From positions 124,001 to 188,000 of the IMG/VR virus record IMGVR_UViG_3300034682_000176: a stretch of DNA of 64,000 nt; one strand, given 5' to 3'. The position numbers and the translations under genes are program-made. This document shows, in pieces, positions 19,777-30,200 of the stretch. Each line of letters opens with the position of its first letter. Position 1 is the first letter of the stretch. A model generated the notes under the pieces. It did not search any database and was not told the origin of the DNA. It saw only the letters and a program-made list of their open reading frames with translations.

Positions 19777-22359
19777 TTACAGCTTGGTCAGGTCCAGACC
19801 GTCTCCACCCAGGTCAGCAAATGGGTCGCTGGGGTCAGAGTTAGGGTTGGTGTCGTCACCACCGCTGTCGCTGTTGCCAGGTGCGGTGAAGGAGTTTTCG
19901 CCAGCCTGGTCGCCCAAGATCTTCTTGAGGTCCACAGCCGTGGCTTCTTTGTACTTCTTCATCACAAACAGCAGCTTGGACGAAGCGCGCATGGTCGAGC
20001 TCATGTGCTTGGAGATCACGTCAATCAGAGTGTCCACATCTTCCACCGCGGCGCTGAACATCTCCATGACCTCGGGGTAGTAGTTGTTGTCAGCACACCA
20101 CTGACGCAACAAGTGATGGGTGTAGACGCTCTTGATCGAGTCGATATGGTTGGTGATGTCACCCGACATGTCTTCGGTAAAGATCTCGGTCGAGATGACC
20201 GAATCCACCACGGTAGTCAGGCCTTGTTTGTACAGCTCGAATTCAGCAGCCAAGCTGGCCAGGTTTGTGTTTTCAGGCTTTGGCAGCTCGGCTTGCACAG
20301 CCGTCGAAACTTGGTCGAGGTAATCGTCGATGAATTCCTCAGGCTTGGTGTTGAAGACGGCTGCTTTTTCTTGGGGTAAGGAAGCAGCAAATTCTTCCTT
20401 CATTTCAAGCAGGAGTTCCTTGAGCTTCTTGCGCAGGTCTTGGTCGTAGTAGATCACCTGACCGATGAACTTGGAGACCAACTTGGCCAGGGTCTTTTGG
20501 TAGATAGCCACGCGCTTGGCCAACAACACGTTGTTGTTGATCACGCTGGTAGCGAATTCAGGAGTGAAACCAGCATCGATGGTTTCAGGCGACAGCCCCA
20601 GCGCTTGGATGGTCTGCTTGCGCAGGTTGTCTTCCAAAGCACTGTCTGGAACCGTGTGTTGCATGTTGCCGTTCTCGAAATCAATCTTGATATCGGGCAG
20701 CAGTGGGTTGCCGGTGTAGTTGAACTTCAGGCCAGCGCGGCGAATCCAGTCGACCAGGTCGACCGGGTTGTTGATACCCAGCGGGAAGAAGTTCTGACGC
20801 AGCTTGAGGGTTGCATCTTGAATCTGAGCAATGGTCTTTTCTGGGTCTTGGTCGTTGGGGTCCAGCTGCACGTTGACGTTGGTGACGTCAATGGCCGACT
20901 TGGCTTGTGCCATCACGCTGGAGAACAGCAACATAGCCCGCAAGCTGGCAAGTGTGGACAGGTTGTCCAGCAGGGACGATCCAATGCCGTACTCGTTGTA
21001 GTTGAACGCAAAATACGTCATCTGTGTCTTGGGCACAAACAAGACGTTGGTCTTTTCGTCCGCCAGCGCGCGGCTGAACATCATGAAGAAGATGTCGTTC
21101 TTGGCTGCAACCTCAAAGCTGGAGCCGTAGAGGGTGCCCTTGATGGACGAGTAGATCTGACGCTCCAAGACATCGCGGTACATGTCGTACAGTTGGCTGA
21201 CGTCGATGTTGTTGCTGTTGTCGTTGATGAGGTTGCGGTACGCAATCTGGATGGGAGTCTGCGGCACGATACCGGCGTGGCCGTGCATCAGGTTGGAGTG
21301 GTTGCTGCGTGCTTCACTCAGCTCGATGTTGAAGGGTTTGCCGTCCCCGTCCAGCAACACCAGGTAAGCGATGTGTTCCTTCTCGTTGCCGGGCACACAC
21401 ATAGGGATGACCGAGCCTGAAGGGAAACGCACCGTCATGGGTTTGCCAATCGACTTACGGCGGGTTTCATCCCGGTCCTTGAGAATCCGCACGTTGGAGC
21501 CGGAGTTGGAGGTATTACCGCGGTCGCGGAACAAGTCCATGTAACTGAGCTTGTCCATGGATTCGGTAGCTACGGTGCCACCATGACGTTCAGCCCGGCG
21601 CATCAAGGTACTTGCAACCTCTTGCTTGAGGCTGTCAAAGTGCAAGATGCCGTGGTTGTCGGTCAAACCTTCCAAGGTGTTGTCCACCAAGTGTTGAACC
21701 AGTTCCATGGCCGTGGCATTTTCCGACAGCGGTTTCTTGTCCTGGTTTTTCTTTTTGGGCAGGTACTTGGGCTCTACCAACTGACGAATCATCCGGTCGG
21801 ACGCTGCGGCAAACTGCTCGGTCGAGTAGCTGGCCAAGATGTCGGCGTTGATCACTTCGTCCACCGCCGCTTCAGGGATCACAGCCAGGCAGTACGAACC
21901 GGAGTTGAACAAAGCCTCGCGCACGATCTCAGCCAGTCGGTCTTCCAACTCGTGCTCTTCTTCGATATAACCGCGGATCAATTCCAGGATGGCTGAGGTC
22001 AAACCAGGAGTCGCCTCAAAGTCCTTCTTGAACTTGTAATTCAGTTGGGTGTCGGTCATCTTCTTTGGCGAGAGGATGTATGACACCAGGATCTGAATGG
22101 CCAACTCAATGTCTGGGAACAGCTTGATGATGTTCTTGTTGTTTTGGCGGTTTGACTCTACCTTGTTGTGCAATTGCTCCAGCAAGTTACGGTTGACCGT
22201 GATCCGGTCTTCCTCAATGTTGTTGACGTTTTTGTCACGAATGAGCTTTGGCACCACAGAGAGGTGCGAATTGTTGGTGCCGACGATTTTGCTGACAGCC
22301 AACGAGCGATCACGATTTCGTCCGATCACCTGAATCAGCTGACTTGGGTCATAGGGCAT
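19777..22359 (-). CDS. portal protein (phiKZ gp129-like)
   Basis: 860 aa; LFPDIELAIQILVS-ILSP, G-SLLD and LGLSPETID---EFATS motifs; divergent from a gp128-like gene. Confidence 0.8.
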   Translation of the reverse strand: MPYDPSQLIQVIGRNRDRSLAVSKIVGTNNSHLSVVPKLIRDKNVNNIEEDRITVNRNLLEQLHNKVESNRQNNKNIIKLFPDIELAIQILVSYILSPKKMTDTQLNYKFKKDFEATPGLTSAILELIRGYIEEEHELEDRLAEIVREALFNSGSYCLAVIPEAAVDEVINADILASYSTEQFAAASDRMIRQLVEPKYLPKKKNQDKKPLSENATAMELVQHLVDNTLEGLTDNHGILHFDSLKQEVASTLMRRAERHGGTVATESMDKLSYMDLFRDRGNTSNSGSNVRILKDRDETRRKSIGKPMTVRFPSGSVIPMCVPGNEKEHIAYLVLLDGDGKPFNIELSEARSNHSNLMHGHAGIVPQTPIQIAYRNLINDNSNNIDVSQLYDMYRDVLERQIYSSIKGTLYGSSFEVAAKNDIFFMMFSRALADEKTNVLFVPKTQMTYFAFNYNEYGIGSSLLDNLSTLASLRAMLLFSSVMAQAKSAIDVTNVNVQLDPNDQDPEKTIAQIQDATLKLRQNFFPLGINNPVDLVDWIRRAGLKFNYTGNPLLPDIKIDFENGNMQHTVPDSALEDNLRKQTIQALGLSPETIDAGFTPEFATSVINNNVLLAKRVAIYQKTLAKLVSKFIGQVIYYDQDLRKKLKELLLEMKEEFAASLPQEKAAVFNTKPEEFIDDYLDQVSTAVQAELPKPENTNLASLAAEFELYKQGLTTVVDSVISTEIFTEDMSGDITNHIDSIKSVYTHHLLRQWCADNNYYPEVMEMFSAAVEDVDTLIDVISKHMSSTMRASSKLLFVMKKYKEATAVDLKKILGDQAGENSFTAPGNSDSGGDDTNPNSDPSDPFADLGGDGLDLTKL

Positions 22360-22513
22360 ACAAAATCTCCAGAGACAGAAGTAAAGATTCTAATTTAAAT
22401 CAAGCTATTTTCCAAGTAGTGGAAATTGCGTTACTTTTATATTTTCGCTCAGGTCATCCTCTGACATTCTTTTCCCCTATATAGGGTTATCCGCTCGAAG
22501 AGGTACCCACGCC

Positions 22514-24883
22514 ATGGCAGTTAGCATCATCGAGAAAGTGCTCGGTAACAACAAGTTCTACACCGACGCTTACATCAAAGACACCATCACCCTGGTCAAA
22601 TCTATCACGGTCAAAAACGACAAAGAAGCCCGGTTGTACAACGACTATCTGAAGCAAATCCAACCCAACTTTGTAGAAGAAGATGACCGCGCTCAGTGGC
22701 AGTACTACCGACACCTGGTAGGACAACCTTACCCCACTGACCGACCCATTCTCGCCACTTCGGTGGACAATGGGGAAGAATTCACCTTCAACAAAGACAG
22801 CATGTTGGTGCACCGTCGCACCCATGAAGAGTTGCTCAAGTTCGGCCTGTACTACGAAGAGCTGGTGCGCCGTTACCCTGAGCTGGAGCTGTACATCAAG
22901 GGCGTGATCACCACCCCGCTGTTTACCAATGTGCAACAGATCATCGATGCCGAAGACTTCACGATCGTCTCTTACGCCAAACACCTGGTGGAAGAAAACG
23001 AGCACGACGTCATGTCCCAGCTGCAGTTGCGCATCGACAGCTACAAATCCACTTGGCTGATGGGTTTTTATGCCATGGTCGACAACTTGTTCTTGGCCAG
23101 CCAGTACCACATCTTGTACAACTTCCTGTGCACCAGTTTGTTGTCGATCCGTTTGGCCAATGCCAAGACCAACAACGCCCACAGCTACCACATCCGTCTG
23201 TACCTGGCCAGCCACCACTACCTGGACGATGTGTTGTTGTTCTTGACCAAATCCCAGCAATTGTTCCTGTACCGCAACATGCTGTACCTGAACAACCATG
23301 CGGGCTCCAACTTCACGTTTCAAACCCTGATCGACGTGCTCTTCAGTGAGCGCAACATCTCGGTGATCAACTACGTCTACCAGCAACGCAACACGGTCAA
23401 TAACCAAGGGCTGATGCAGTACCGCTACCGTCAAAAACTGCTCAACACCAAAAAGCTGGTGATCAACACCGCAGACATGAGCTTGGAGACGGTGGGTGCC
23501 AAAGAGCGGGATCTGGCCCCTGGCAATGGTGCGGTCTATGACTACAACCTGCCAGCCATTGATTTCCGTCACCGCAATGCGTTGTTCAGCGAACTGTTGA
23601 CCAAGGATCTGGAAACCATCTTGCTTGATGAAACCGATTCGGTCAAGTACAAACTGCTGCAAATCCTCACCGACAGCTGGGCACGCTTGTTGGTGGATGA
23701 CCGGGTTTCTTTCTTGGTTGAGATCCCAGATCCTACCAGCAGCATCAGCACTCGCATGGGTGTGCGGGACCTGTTTAAGCTGTACCTGGTGGTGCTGTAT
23801 GCGTCGCAAGGCATTTCCCTCAAGCAGTTCCCCACCTACCGCATCCAGCGCGTCTTCAAGCAAGTCTTACCTGATGTTGAAGACTTGCTCAAGGGTTGCT
23901 ACGACATGGACTCGTTGCAGCGTGACTACCTGCGTCAGTTGCTGGAGTTGGTGCCCACCTACCAGTACTACCTGACCAGTTACCAGTTTGAGCAGTACGT
24001 GACCATGGTCTACAAGCTCAACATCGGTTTGTGGACCGCGTTGTCCAACTACAGCGACATGGATACCGAAGGCCAGATGAGCTGGGCCATCAGCCAGGTT
24101 CATGAACACATGGACTTTGATGTAGACCCTGTCGAATCGGTGGACGACTTCTTGGACCGTACAGGTTTGTCCGACCCACGTGGCTACGATGCGATCCAGT
24201 TGCAGACATACCTGTTCGATATCCTGGACAATGCCTACGACAAGAAGCTGTCGTTCTTGAGCCGCTTCCAAAAGCTGCAAGACGCCTTGACCAAGGTGTT
24301 CTTCAAGTTCAACAGCTACACCGTGCAGTTGATCAACAACTACTACGCTGATGCACCATTGTTGGTGGGTGCCAAAGACACCCGCTACACCCACACGGAC
24401 TCGACGGTCTATGACTTGACGCTGGCCGCCGAAGGCAGCTTTGGACACGGCCTGATCACCGACCAGACTTCGTCCCTGTTGTCAATGCACCACCAACCTT
24501 CGGTCTCGGACATCCTCCACCATAGCAAGCTGGGCGCTGACATTGAGATTGACGGCGTGTTGGACTTTGATATCCAACACAGCTACCAAACTGACCAACT
24601 GCTGCCGCTCACCCAGCTGCTGTTGACCGAGGTGGTGTCCGCCAGCCGCAACCATGTCGATGCCACCATGCTGGATTCGGCAAAGTTCTTCCCTGCCAGC
24701 GATGTCTCGTCGCTGTCGTTCATCTCTGTTGGCGTCGCTTCCCACTTCCGAGAAGACTCGTTGTTGACCGAAAACACGTTGGCTTCTATGCCAATTAACA
24801 TTGGTTTTGCAGCACAAAACCTCTCGTCACCACCGACCCAATCTAGTGAATCCGATTTGCTGTTCTTGGCCATCAATCTTTAA
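22514..24883 (+). CDS. virion structural protein (phiKZ gp128-like)
   Basis: 789 aa; W-YY-HL-G, AHSYHI--YLASH and LFLYRN--YL motifs; divergent from the portal gene. Confidence 0.7.
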   Translation: MAVSIIEKVLGNNKFYTDAYIKDTITLVKSITVKNDKEARLYNDYLKQIQPNFVEEDDRAQWQYYRHLVGQPYPTDRPILATSVDNGEEFTFNKDSMLVHRRTHEELLKFGLYYEELVRRYPELELYIKGVITTPLFTNVQQIIDAEDFTIVSYAKHLVEENEHDVMSQLQLRIDSYKSTWLMGFYAMVDNLFLASQYHILYNFLCTSLLSIRLANAKTNNAHSYHIRLYLASHHYLDDVLLFLTKSQQLFLYRNMLYLNNHAGSNFTFQTLIDVLFSERNISVINYVYQQRNTVNNQGLMQYRYRQKLLNTKKLVINTADMSLETVGAKERDLAPGNGAVYDYNLPAIDFRHRNALFSELLTKDLETILLDETDSVKYKLLQILTDSWARLLVDDRVSFLVEIPDPTSSISTRMGVRDLFKLYLVVLYASQGISLKQFPTYRIQRVFKQVLPDVEDLLKGCYDMDSLQRDYLRQLLELVPTYQYYLTSYQFEQYVTMVYKLNIGLWTALSNYSDMDTEGQMSWAISQVHEHMDFDVDPVESVDDFLDRTGLSDPRGYDAIQLQTYLFDILDNAYDKKLSFLSRFQKLQDALTKVFFKFNSYTVQLINNYYADAPLLVGAKDTRYTHTDSTVYDLTLAAEGSFGHGLITDQTSSLLSMHHQPSVSDILHHSKLGADIEIDGVLDFDIQHSYQTDQLLPLTQLLLTEVVSASRNHVDATMLDSAKFFPASDVSSLSFISVGVASHFREDSLLTENTLASMPINIGFAAQNLSSPPTQSSESDLLFLAINL

Positions 24884-24899
24884 GTAGGAGCCCTTTCAT

Positions 24900-24920
24900 A
24901 TGGAAACCGTGCATAGTTGA
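24900..24920 (+). pseudogene. orphaned gene start (METVHS*), duplicate of the downstream gene's N-terminus
   Basis: SD aggag then ATG GAA ACC GTG; the gene at 25948 also starts METV. Confidence 0.55.
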
Positions 24921-25042
24921 CAATGTGTCAGACGGCTGCTGCCGCCAGTAGTTGCGGGTCAGTATGGTGTTTTAGACACCATACTGACTTTCACTCTACT
25001 CAACTTAGACGGTTAAGGTTTTACTATTTAAGGGTGTTGCAA

Positions 25043-25906
25043 ATGGATAACAACTTAACACGAGACGACAAAGACAAAGTAGGCCTTTACATTGTCCGAA
25101 ACAAGACAACTAAAGAGTTCTACCTTGGGAGCGGTCGTCTGGTTCAGAGACTGAAATATCACGAACGCGAATTGACCAACAACCGTCACATAAACCACAA
25201 ACTACAGAAATCTTTCAACAAAAACCCTGATATGGAATTTGTTGCTACAATTATAGATCTAGAAGGTTTGACTGTGGAAGATAATCGAAAACTTGCGTTA
25301 GGGAGTGAGCAAGTTTTTATCGATAAATTTAAAGATAGTTCTCTATTGCTAAATTTAGCTATGAAAGTCGACAACCCTACGTTTGGGACCAATCTTTCAG
25401 CAGACCATAAAGAAAAAATTAGTAAGGGGGTTAAAGAAAGATGGAGCAATATGTCTGATGAAGAAAAGAAATCCCACAGTGAAAAAATAAGTAAGGCTCA
25501 GAACGAACACTGGTCTAAGATACCAAAAGAAGAAAAAGAAGCCAGAATAGAAACGCTTAGACATGCAAATATTGGGGTTCCTCTATCTGACAAACGTAAA
25601 AAAGAAGTAAGTGACTTCTTTAGAGGTAAAAACCTAACCTCCTCTCATAAAGAAAAGATAGGCAACGCGTTAAAAGGGAAACCTAAAAATCCCGATGCTG
25701 TTAAGAACGCAGTTAACGCTAGAAAAGAAAAGGGTTCTTACGGCCCTAATGAAAACCAGATGCGGTTATGCGGACAGCCGGTTACCGTCGATGGTGAATT
25801 TTTTGTTAGTGTGTCCGCATGTGCAAAGGCTAAGAATGTTTCTCGCCAAACAGTCATAAATAGAGTTCGTAACAACAACTTTCCTGGCTGGGCTCAAAAC
25901 TCTTAA
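25043..25906 (+). mobile_element. free-standing GIY-YIG homing endonuclease with NUMOD3-like repeats and C-terminal HTH
   Basis: GLY-x10-YLGS, R---H and HINHKLQ-SFNK motifs; repeated H/K-KEKIS/G motifs; markedly AT-rich compared with its flanks. Confidence 0.88.
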
Positions 25907-25947
25907 CTTGCACACTTATTGATTAAAACTTGGAAAGAGGTCTTACT

Positions 25948-26781
25948 ATGGAAACAGTCACCAGATCGATTTATGCAGCCCACCTGCAGACGTGCAAACT
26001 CCTGAACAAACCCTTCACGGTTTTGGAGAACTCGACGCTGAACCAAAAGTTCAACGTCTACCCGGAAGAGCAACCGGCTGTCAACGCTTACCCGAATCTG
26101 TCCGGCATCACCATTGGCAACAAGGGCGCCACGTACGACATCGGTCAAGGCAACTACGTGTTGACCACCCCAATCCCTCACCTGGCACGCCACGCCAGCC
26201 TGTACAACCACATCCCGTTTGTGGTGCGCCACATCACCAACGATCTGACACCGGCCGAGCGTCTGATGTACCGCCTGCGTGTACCACTGCAAATCGGTGG
26301 TGAGAAGTACTTTGCGTACTACATGCGTGTGCTGGACCTGAACACGGTGGTACCAACGGTGGAGCTGCGCAACGTCAGCGACGGTGTGATCACCAACACC
26401 CCGTTCACTCCCGAGCAGTCCGACCTGGCGCCTGTCCACCCAGTCATCACCAACAACGGTCTGAACACGACCGACGGCGACTACCTGGTCTCCACGGCCA
26501 AGATGGTGTTCACGCTCAACCAGCAAGACATCGTCAACATCCGCGAAGCCTGCCAGATCCTGTACGGCGACCCACGCTACGCCGTGATCAACGAAATCGG
26601 TATCTGCACAGGTATTGACAAAATTGTTTCTGGCCAATTGGGTGGTTCGACCATCAACTACACTGAAAGTGTGGTGACCCAACTGGCAGCCTTCCTGTCC
26701 CAGTATCACGCGCTGACTGCCAGCACAGCTGAAGTCAAGATCGGCTTGAATGTCGGTAGCGTGGAAGCCCTGATCGTCTGA
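25948..26781 (+). CDS. conserved virion structural protein
   Basis: SD gagg; NSTLNQKF, LYNHIPFVVR-ITNDL and AVINEIGICTG motifs typical of phiKZ-like virion proteins. Confidence 0.75.
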   Translation: METVTRSIYAAHLQTCKLLNKPFTVLENSTLNQKFNVYPEEQPAVNAYPNLSGITIGNKGATYDIGQGNYVLTTPIPHLARHASLYNHIPFVVRHITNDLTPAERLMYRLRVPLQIGGEKYFAYYMRVLDLNTVVPTVELRNVSDGVITNTPFTPEQSDLAPVHPVITNNGLNTTDGDYLVSTAKMVFTLNQQDIVNIREACQILYGDPRYAVINEIGICTGIDKIVSGQLGGSTINYTESVVTQLAAFLSQYHALTASTAEVKIGLNVGSVEALIV

Positions 26782-26867
26782 TCTTCTTGCCTGTAAAACA
26801 GGGTCTCCCAGTGGTCTACAAGGACCACTGGGAGATTCTTTGATTATCTTTTCTGGAAGGTTAGGTT

Positions 26868-27416
26868 ATGTTGCTGAGTATCGATCCTGGTGTGAACAAT
26901 TGCGGTTTGAGTGTGGCGGATACAAACCAGCAATTCAAAGTGCTTTTGACCCACAACGTCAAAAACGCCCGCAAGTTCACGGACGCTGAAAAAGTGTTGG
27001 AGGCTGAGTACAACACCCGGGTGGTGAAGGTCTTTGCCATCCATAACAAGATCTTGGAAGTCTTGGAGACCTACCCGGAGATCAATGACGTTGCCATCGA
27101 AGCACCGTTTTACAACCACCTCACTCCGCAAGCTTACGGCTCGCTGCTGGAAGTGATTTCGGTGATCAAGTACAACATCTTGATCCCACGCAAGTTGCCG
27201 TACCGGATGCTGGAGCCCATGCTGGTCAAGAAGCTGTTTGCCAACAAGGGCATGGCCAAGAAAGAGATCATGAAGCAGTTCCTGGTTGCCAAAGCGGCAT
27301 CCGGTGAGATCTTGCTTCCGGCTGACATTGAAACCATGACCGAGCACGAGATCGATGCAGTGGCCATTGGGTTTGTCCATCATCTGTCTACTATTCAAGA
27401 AGGAGTGAAGCCATGA
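26868..27416 (+). CDS. ruvC: RuvC-like Holliday junction resolvase
   Basis: SIDPG, VAIE and HEIDAVAIG catalytic motifs. Confidence 0.88.
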   Translation: MLLSIDPGVNNCGLSVADTNQQFKVLLTHNVKNARKFTDAEKVLEAEYNTRVVKVFAIHNKILEVLETYPEINDVAIEAPFYNHLTPQAYGSLLEVISVIKYNILIPRKLPYRMLEPMLVKKLFANKGMAKKEIMKQFLVAKAASGEILLPADIETMTEHEIDAVAIGFVHHLSTIQEGVKP

Positions 27417-27919
27417 AAGCGTTTGCCAGTCTGTTTACCGCCGGCCGTGTGTTTGTCGGCATCCTGCTGCTGATCATGACCTATTTCCTGTGGAATGGGT
27501 CTGAGACTGTCATGACCAAGTTTGGTATGGAGACCAAGTCCAGTCTGCGTGCGGCTTTGGCCACACAGACCCAGGCTGCAGAAACCGCGGTGAAAACCAA
27601 CAAGACCAATTTGGACACCATCAAAGGTCTTCAGGAAGAAAACCGTCGTTTGGTGACCGAGCTGGGTGAACTCAAAAAGAAAGATGAGAAGGTTGCGCAA
27701 ATCACCGTGGAAGCCCAGACCAACTTGAAAAAGAAGGTCGATCCCATCAAGACCCAGATTGCCAAAAAGAAGATTGTCACCGACAAGGTGATCATGTTGC
27801 CGGCCGCTGAAGTCAACGCCAAGAGTGAAGCCAACATCTTGGCCTTGCACGATACCTACGACAAGTTCTTTGCCGGCGTGCCTGACGAACACACCGTCTC
27901 TATTACACCTGTTATCTGA
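27413..27919 (+). CDS. putative i-spanin (Rz-like)
   Basis: single N-terminal TM segment followed by coiled coil; upstream of a lipoprotein gene. Confidence 0.7.
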   Translation: MKAFASLFTAGRVFVGILLLIMTYFLWNGSETVMTKFGMETKSSLRAALATQTQAAETAVKTNKTNLDTIKGLQEENRRLVTELGELKKKDEKVAQITVEAQTNLKKKVDPIKTQIAKKKIVTDKVIMLPAAEVNAKSEANILALHDTYDKFFAGVPDEHTVSITPVI

Positions 27920-27930
27920 AAGGAATTGCC

Positions 27931-28287
27931 ATGTTGTTTTCTGCTTTGCTCCCTGTTTCTGACCACCACACCTCCAGCCGTGCTCTGAAGATCGTGATGC
28001 GGTGTGTGTTGGCGCTGGTCCTGCTGGCTTTGCTGGTGGGTTGCGGCACTACCAAACCTGTCCAACCCGTGGTGGTGGAACAAGAGAAGGTCGTGGTTAA
28101 AGTGCCTGCCAGCTTGACCACCCCCATCAAACCTGCCAAGGTCATCAGTCGGGAAGAATACCTGGCCTTGAGTCTGGAGGATCGTGAAGACTACCTGACC
28201 ATGTACTCCATGCATCTGCAAGGGGTGATCAATATGGCCAACAACCGCTTGGCCACCATCAAGAAGCTTTATGGGGATAAACCATGA
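27931..28287 (+). CDS. putative o-spanin lipoprotein (Rz1-like)
   Basis: lipobox LLVG-C after a hydrophobic stretch; Pro-rich VP-SL-TP--P; true start may be ATG 27997. Confidence 0.72.
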   Translation: MLFSALLPVSDHHTSSRALKIVMRCVLALVLLALLVGCGTTKPVQPVVVEQEKVVVKVPASLTTPIKPAKVISREEYLALSLEDREDYLTMYSMHLQGVINMANNRLATIKKLYGDKP

Positions 28288-28652
28288 GGATGAATCCCAA
28301 GATCCGCGATACCTTGAAAGAAATCTCGACGCAAGCGATTGCCCATGCGAACACCCCTTCGCCGGACTACAAGCACTTGCGCCGACTGCTGCGGGTCTAT
28401 GACAAGCACTTGAGCGAAGAAGAGCGCATCTTCCTGTTCAAGACCATGTTGGAGTTTGTGCACTACCGCAACGTCATGGTGGACCCCGACAACCTGTTGG
28501 TGCTCAGCAACATCAAGCTGCGCACCTACGTGTTCATTTTTGTGCTGGTGACGTTTGGCATGCTGATTGCGGCGGCGCTGTTCAAGACCAACTCGGCTTT
28601 GAACGGACTGCTGGAAGTGGCTGGCCGCTTCATCAAGTTGTTCTCTCTTTGA
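28284..28652 (+). CDS. membrane protein, possible holin
   Basis: C-terminal TM segment YVFIFVLVTFGMLIAAALF; overlaps the spanin gene. Confidence 0.5.
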   Translation: MRMNPKIRDTLKEISTQAIAHANTPSPDYKHLRRLLRVYDKHLSEEERIFLFKTMLEFVHYRNVMVDPDNLLVLSNIKLRTYVFIFVLVTFGMLIAAALFKTNSALNGLLEVAGRFIKLFSL

Positions 28653-28665
28653 AGAAGGAAGTCTG

Positions 28666-29649
28666 ATGGCCACTCCTGTCACCTACCAGTTGGCCTCTGG
28701 AGCCAACTACCGATTCCACATTGCCAAGATTGGGCGCCACGAGTACGACCAGCTGGCCTACTACTTCAAAGAAAACTTCCCAGACGTGCGGATCACACGG
28801 CAAGGCGCCACGATGGATATCGATCGCCTGGAAGCCACGTTCCTGTGGACCGTCAACGGCTACGTCCAAAACACCGTGCGCGACGGCGAGCACCTCTACA
28901 TCCCTGGCGCTGTGGCCGGGATGCTGCGCTCTCGTTGCAACAAAGTCGGCACGCTCAACTTCTCTGGGTTGACTGACAAGCTCAAGAAGCTGCCAATCAC
29001 CGAACAGCAAGTGAGTGAGGATGTCAACATCTCTGCTTACGAAAAGGTCTTCATCACGTTCGATGAACCAGTGGTCTCTCCCATCTTGGTGATGGCGGGC
29101 TACCTGATCTTTGAAAACCCCGAGTTCTTTTACCGCATCTCGGACTCGACCTTTGTGCTGCACCTGCACCGGGTCAACTACATGGAAAAGCTCTACGAGC
29201 TGACCAAGTACCGTGACATCTTCAGCGACTTGGGTGTTCCAGTCTCTCCCAACAACCCCACCCAGGTGGACACCGCTGATGTGCGCTCGCTCGCTACCAT
29301 CAAGAAGTTCTTGTCCTTGGGCAACAGCTTTGTCGTGGACACCGGCAACCCCAACGGTTTGAAGACCGAGCCACTGTACCTGGAAAAGAGCAACATCCCA
29401 GGAAACTTCCGCACCCACAAGCTGCCGATCCTACCCATGTTTGTGGGTTTTGGCAAGCTGACGGAATACCACAAGGCTGAAATCAATGATCGGCGCTGGA
29501 CGGTGTACAGCCAAGATGCAGTGTACAACAACTACCTGTTCTCGGCCACCAACCACCACCTGATCAACACCTACAACGGTCACCGCATCCCGAACACGAC
29601 CTATCGCCAAGCCCAGGGTTTCTTCCTGGACATCCAAGCCAAGCCTTAA
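28666..29649 (+). CDS. probable virion structural protein (327 aa)
   Basis: SD aagga; L-TVNGY motif; late operon. Confidence 0.6.
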   Translation: MATPVTYQLASGANYRFHIAKIGRHEYDQLAYYFKENFPDVRITRQGATMDIDRLEATFLWTVNGYVQNTVRDGEHLYIPGAVAGMLRSRCNKVGTLNFSGLTDKLKKLPITEQQVSEDVNISAYEKVFITFDEPVVSPILVMAGYLIFENPEFFYRISDSTFVLHLHRVNYMEKLYELTKYRDIFSDLGVPVSPNNPTQVDTADVRSLATIKKFLSLGNSFVVDTGNPNGLKTEPLYLEKSNIPGNFRTHKLPILPMFVGFGKLTEYHKAEINDRRWTVYSQDAVYNNYLFSATNHHLINTYNGHRIPNTTYRQAQGFFLDIQAKP

Positions 29650-29655
29650 ACACTG

Positions 29656-29696
29656 CACACCCTACAGGAGCACCGTGAGGGCTCCTGTAGGGTGTG
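29656..29696. terminator. bidirectional terminator
   Basis: cacaccctacaggagc / gctcctgtagggtgtg between convergent genes. Confidence 0.8.
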
Positions 29697-29702
29697 TATG
29701 CT

Positions 29703-30200
29703 TCAGGCATGCATCAAGGCACTGACGATATTGTGCTTGACTGCAATACGGTTTTCCGTGTCGAACAGCTTGAGCTTGTAGCGCACTGTCAACGGAAGAC
29801 TGTTGAGCAAGGTGTTCAAAATCAGGTTGCGATGTCGCAAGAAGGTATCGGTATCGAGCAGGAGTTCGTGCAGGGGGCGTTGTACGCCGCGAATCTCGAT
29901 CTTCGTGGACAGAACCCGTTGGCTCCAAAACCACGTCACCGTCTGGTCCGGTAGAACCAGGATGTTTTCCGACAGATTGATCTTCAGCAGTTGCTCGATG
30001 CGAGTGAGCAAGGTTTGCTCGGACTGGATGTTGCGATCCCGCAGCTTCAGGATCATGGACACGATGGACAGGCTGACAAAGACGTTCGTCAGCTTGCGGG
30101 GCAAGCAAAAGAACACAGCCAGTGTGAGTGTCTTGAAGACTTTGAATTTGACAGTCTCAAAGAACGTCATTGTTCCCTGAGAGTTGGATAACATGGTCAT
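29703..30200 (-). CDS. hypothetical protein
   Basis: SD ggagg before ATG at 30200. Confidence 0.7.
   Translation of the reverse strand: MTMLSNSQGTMTFFETVKFKVFKTLTLAVFFCLPRKLTNVFVSLSIVSMILKLRDRNIQSEQTLLTRIEQLLKINLSENILVLPDQTVTWFWSQRVLSTKIEIRGVQRPLHELLLDTDTFLRHRNLILNTLLNSLPLTVRYKLKLFDTENRIAVKHNIVSALMHA

Noticed and set aside
24900-25950. Group I intron interrupting the virion gene
   Set aside because: Too little noncoding sequence for an intron core, no P7-type motifs, and the downstream gene has its own SD and complete start.
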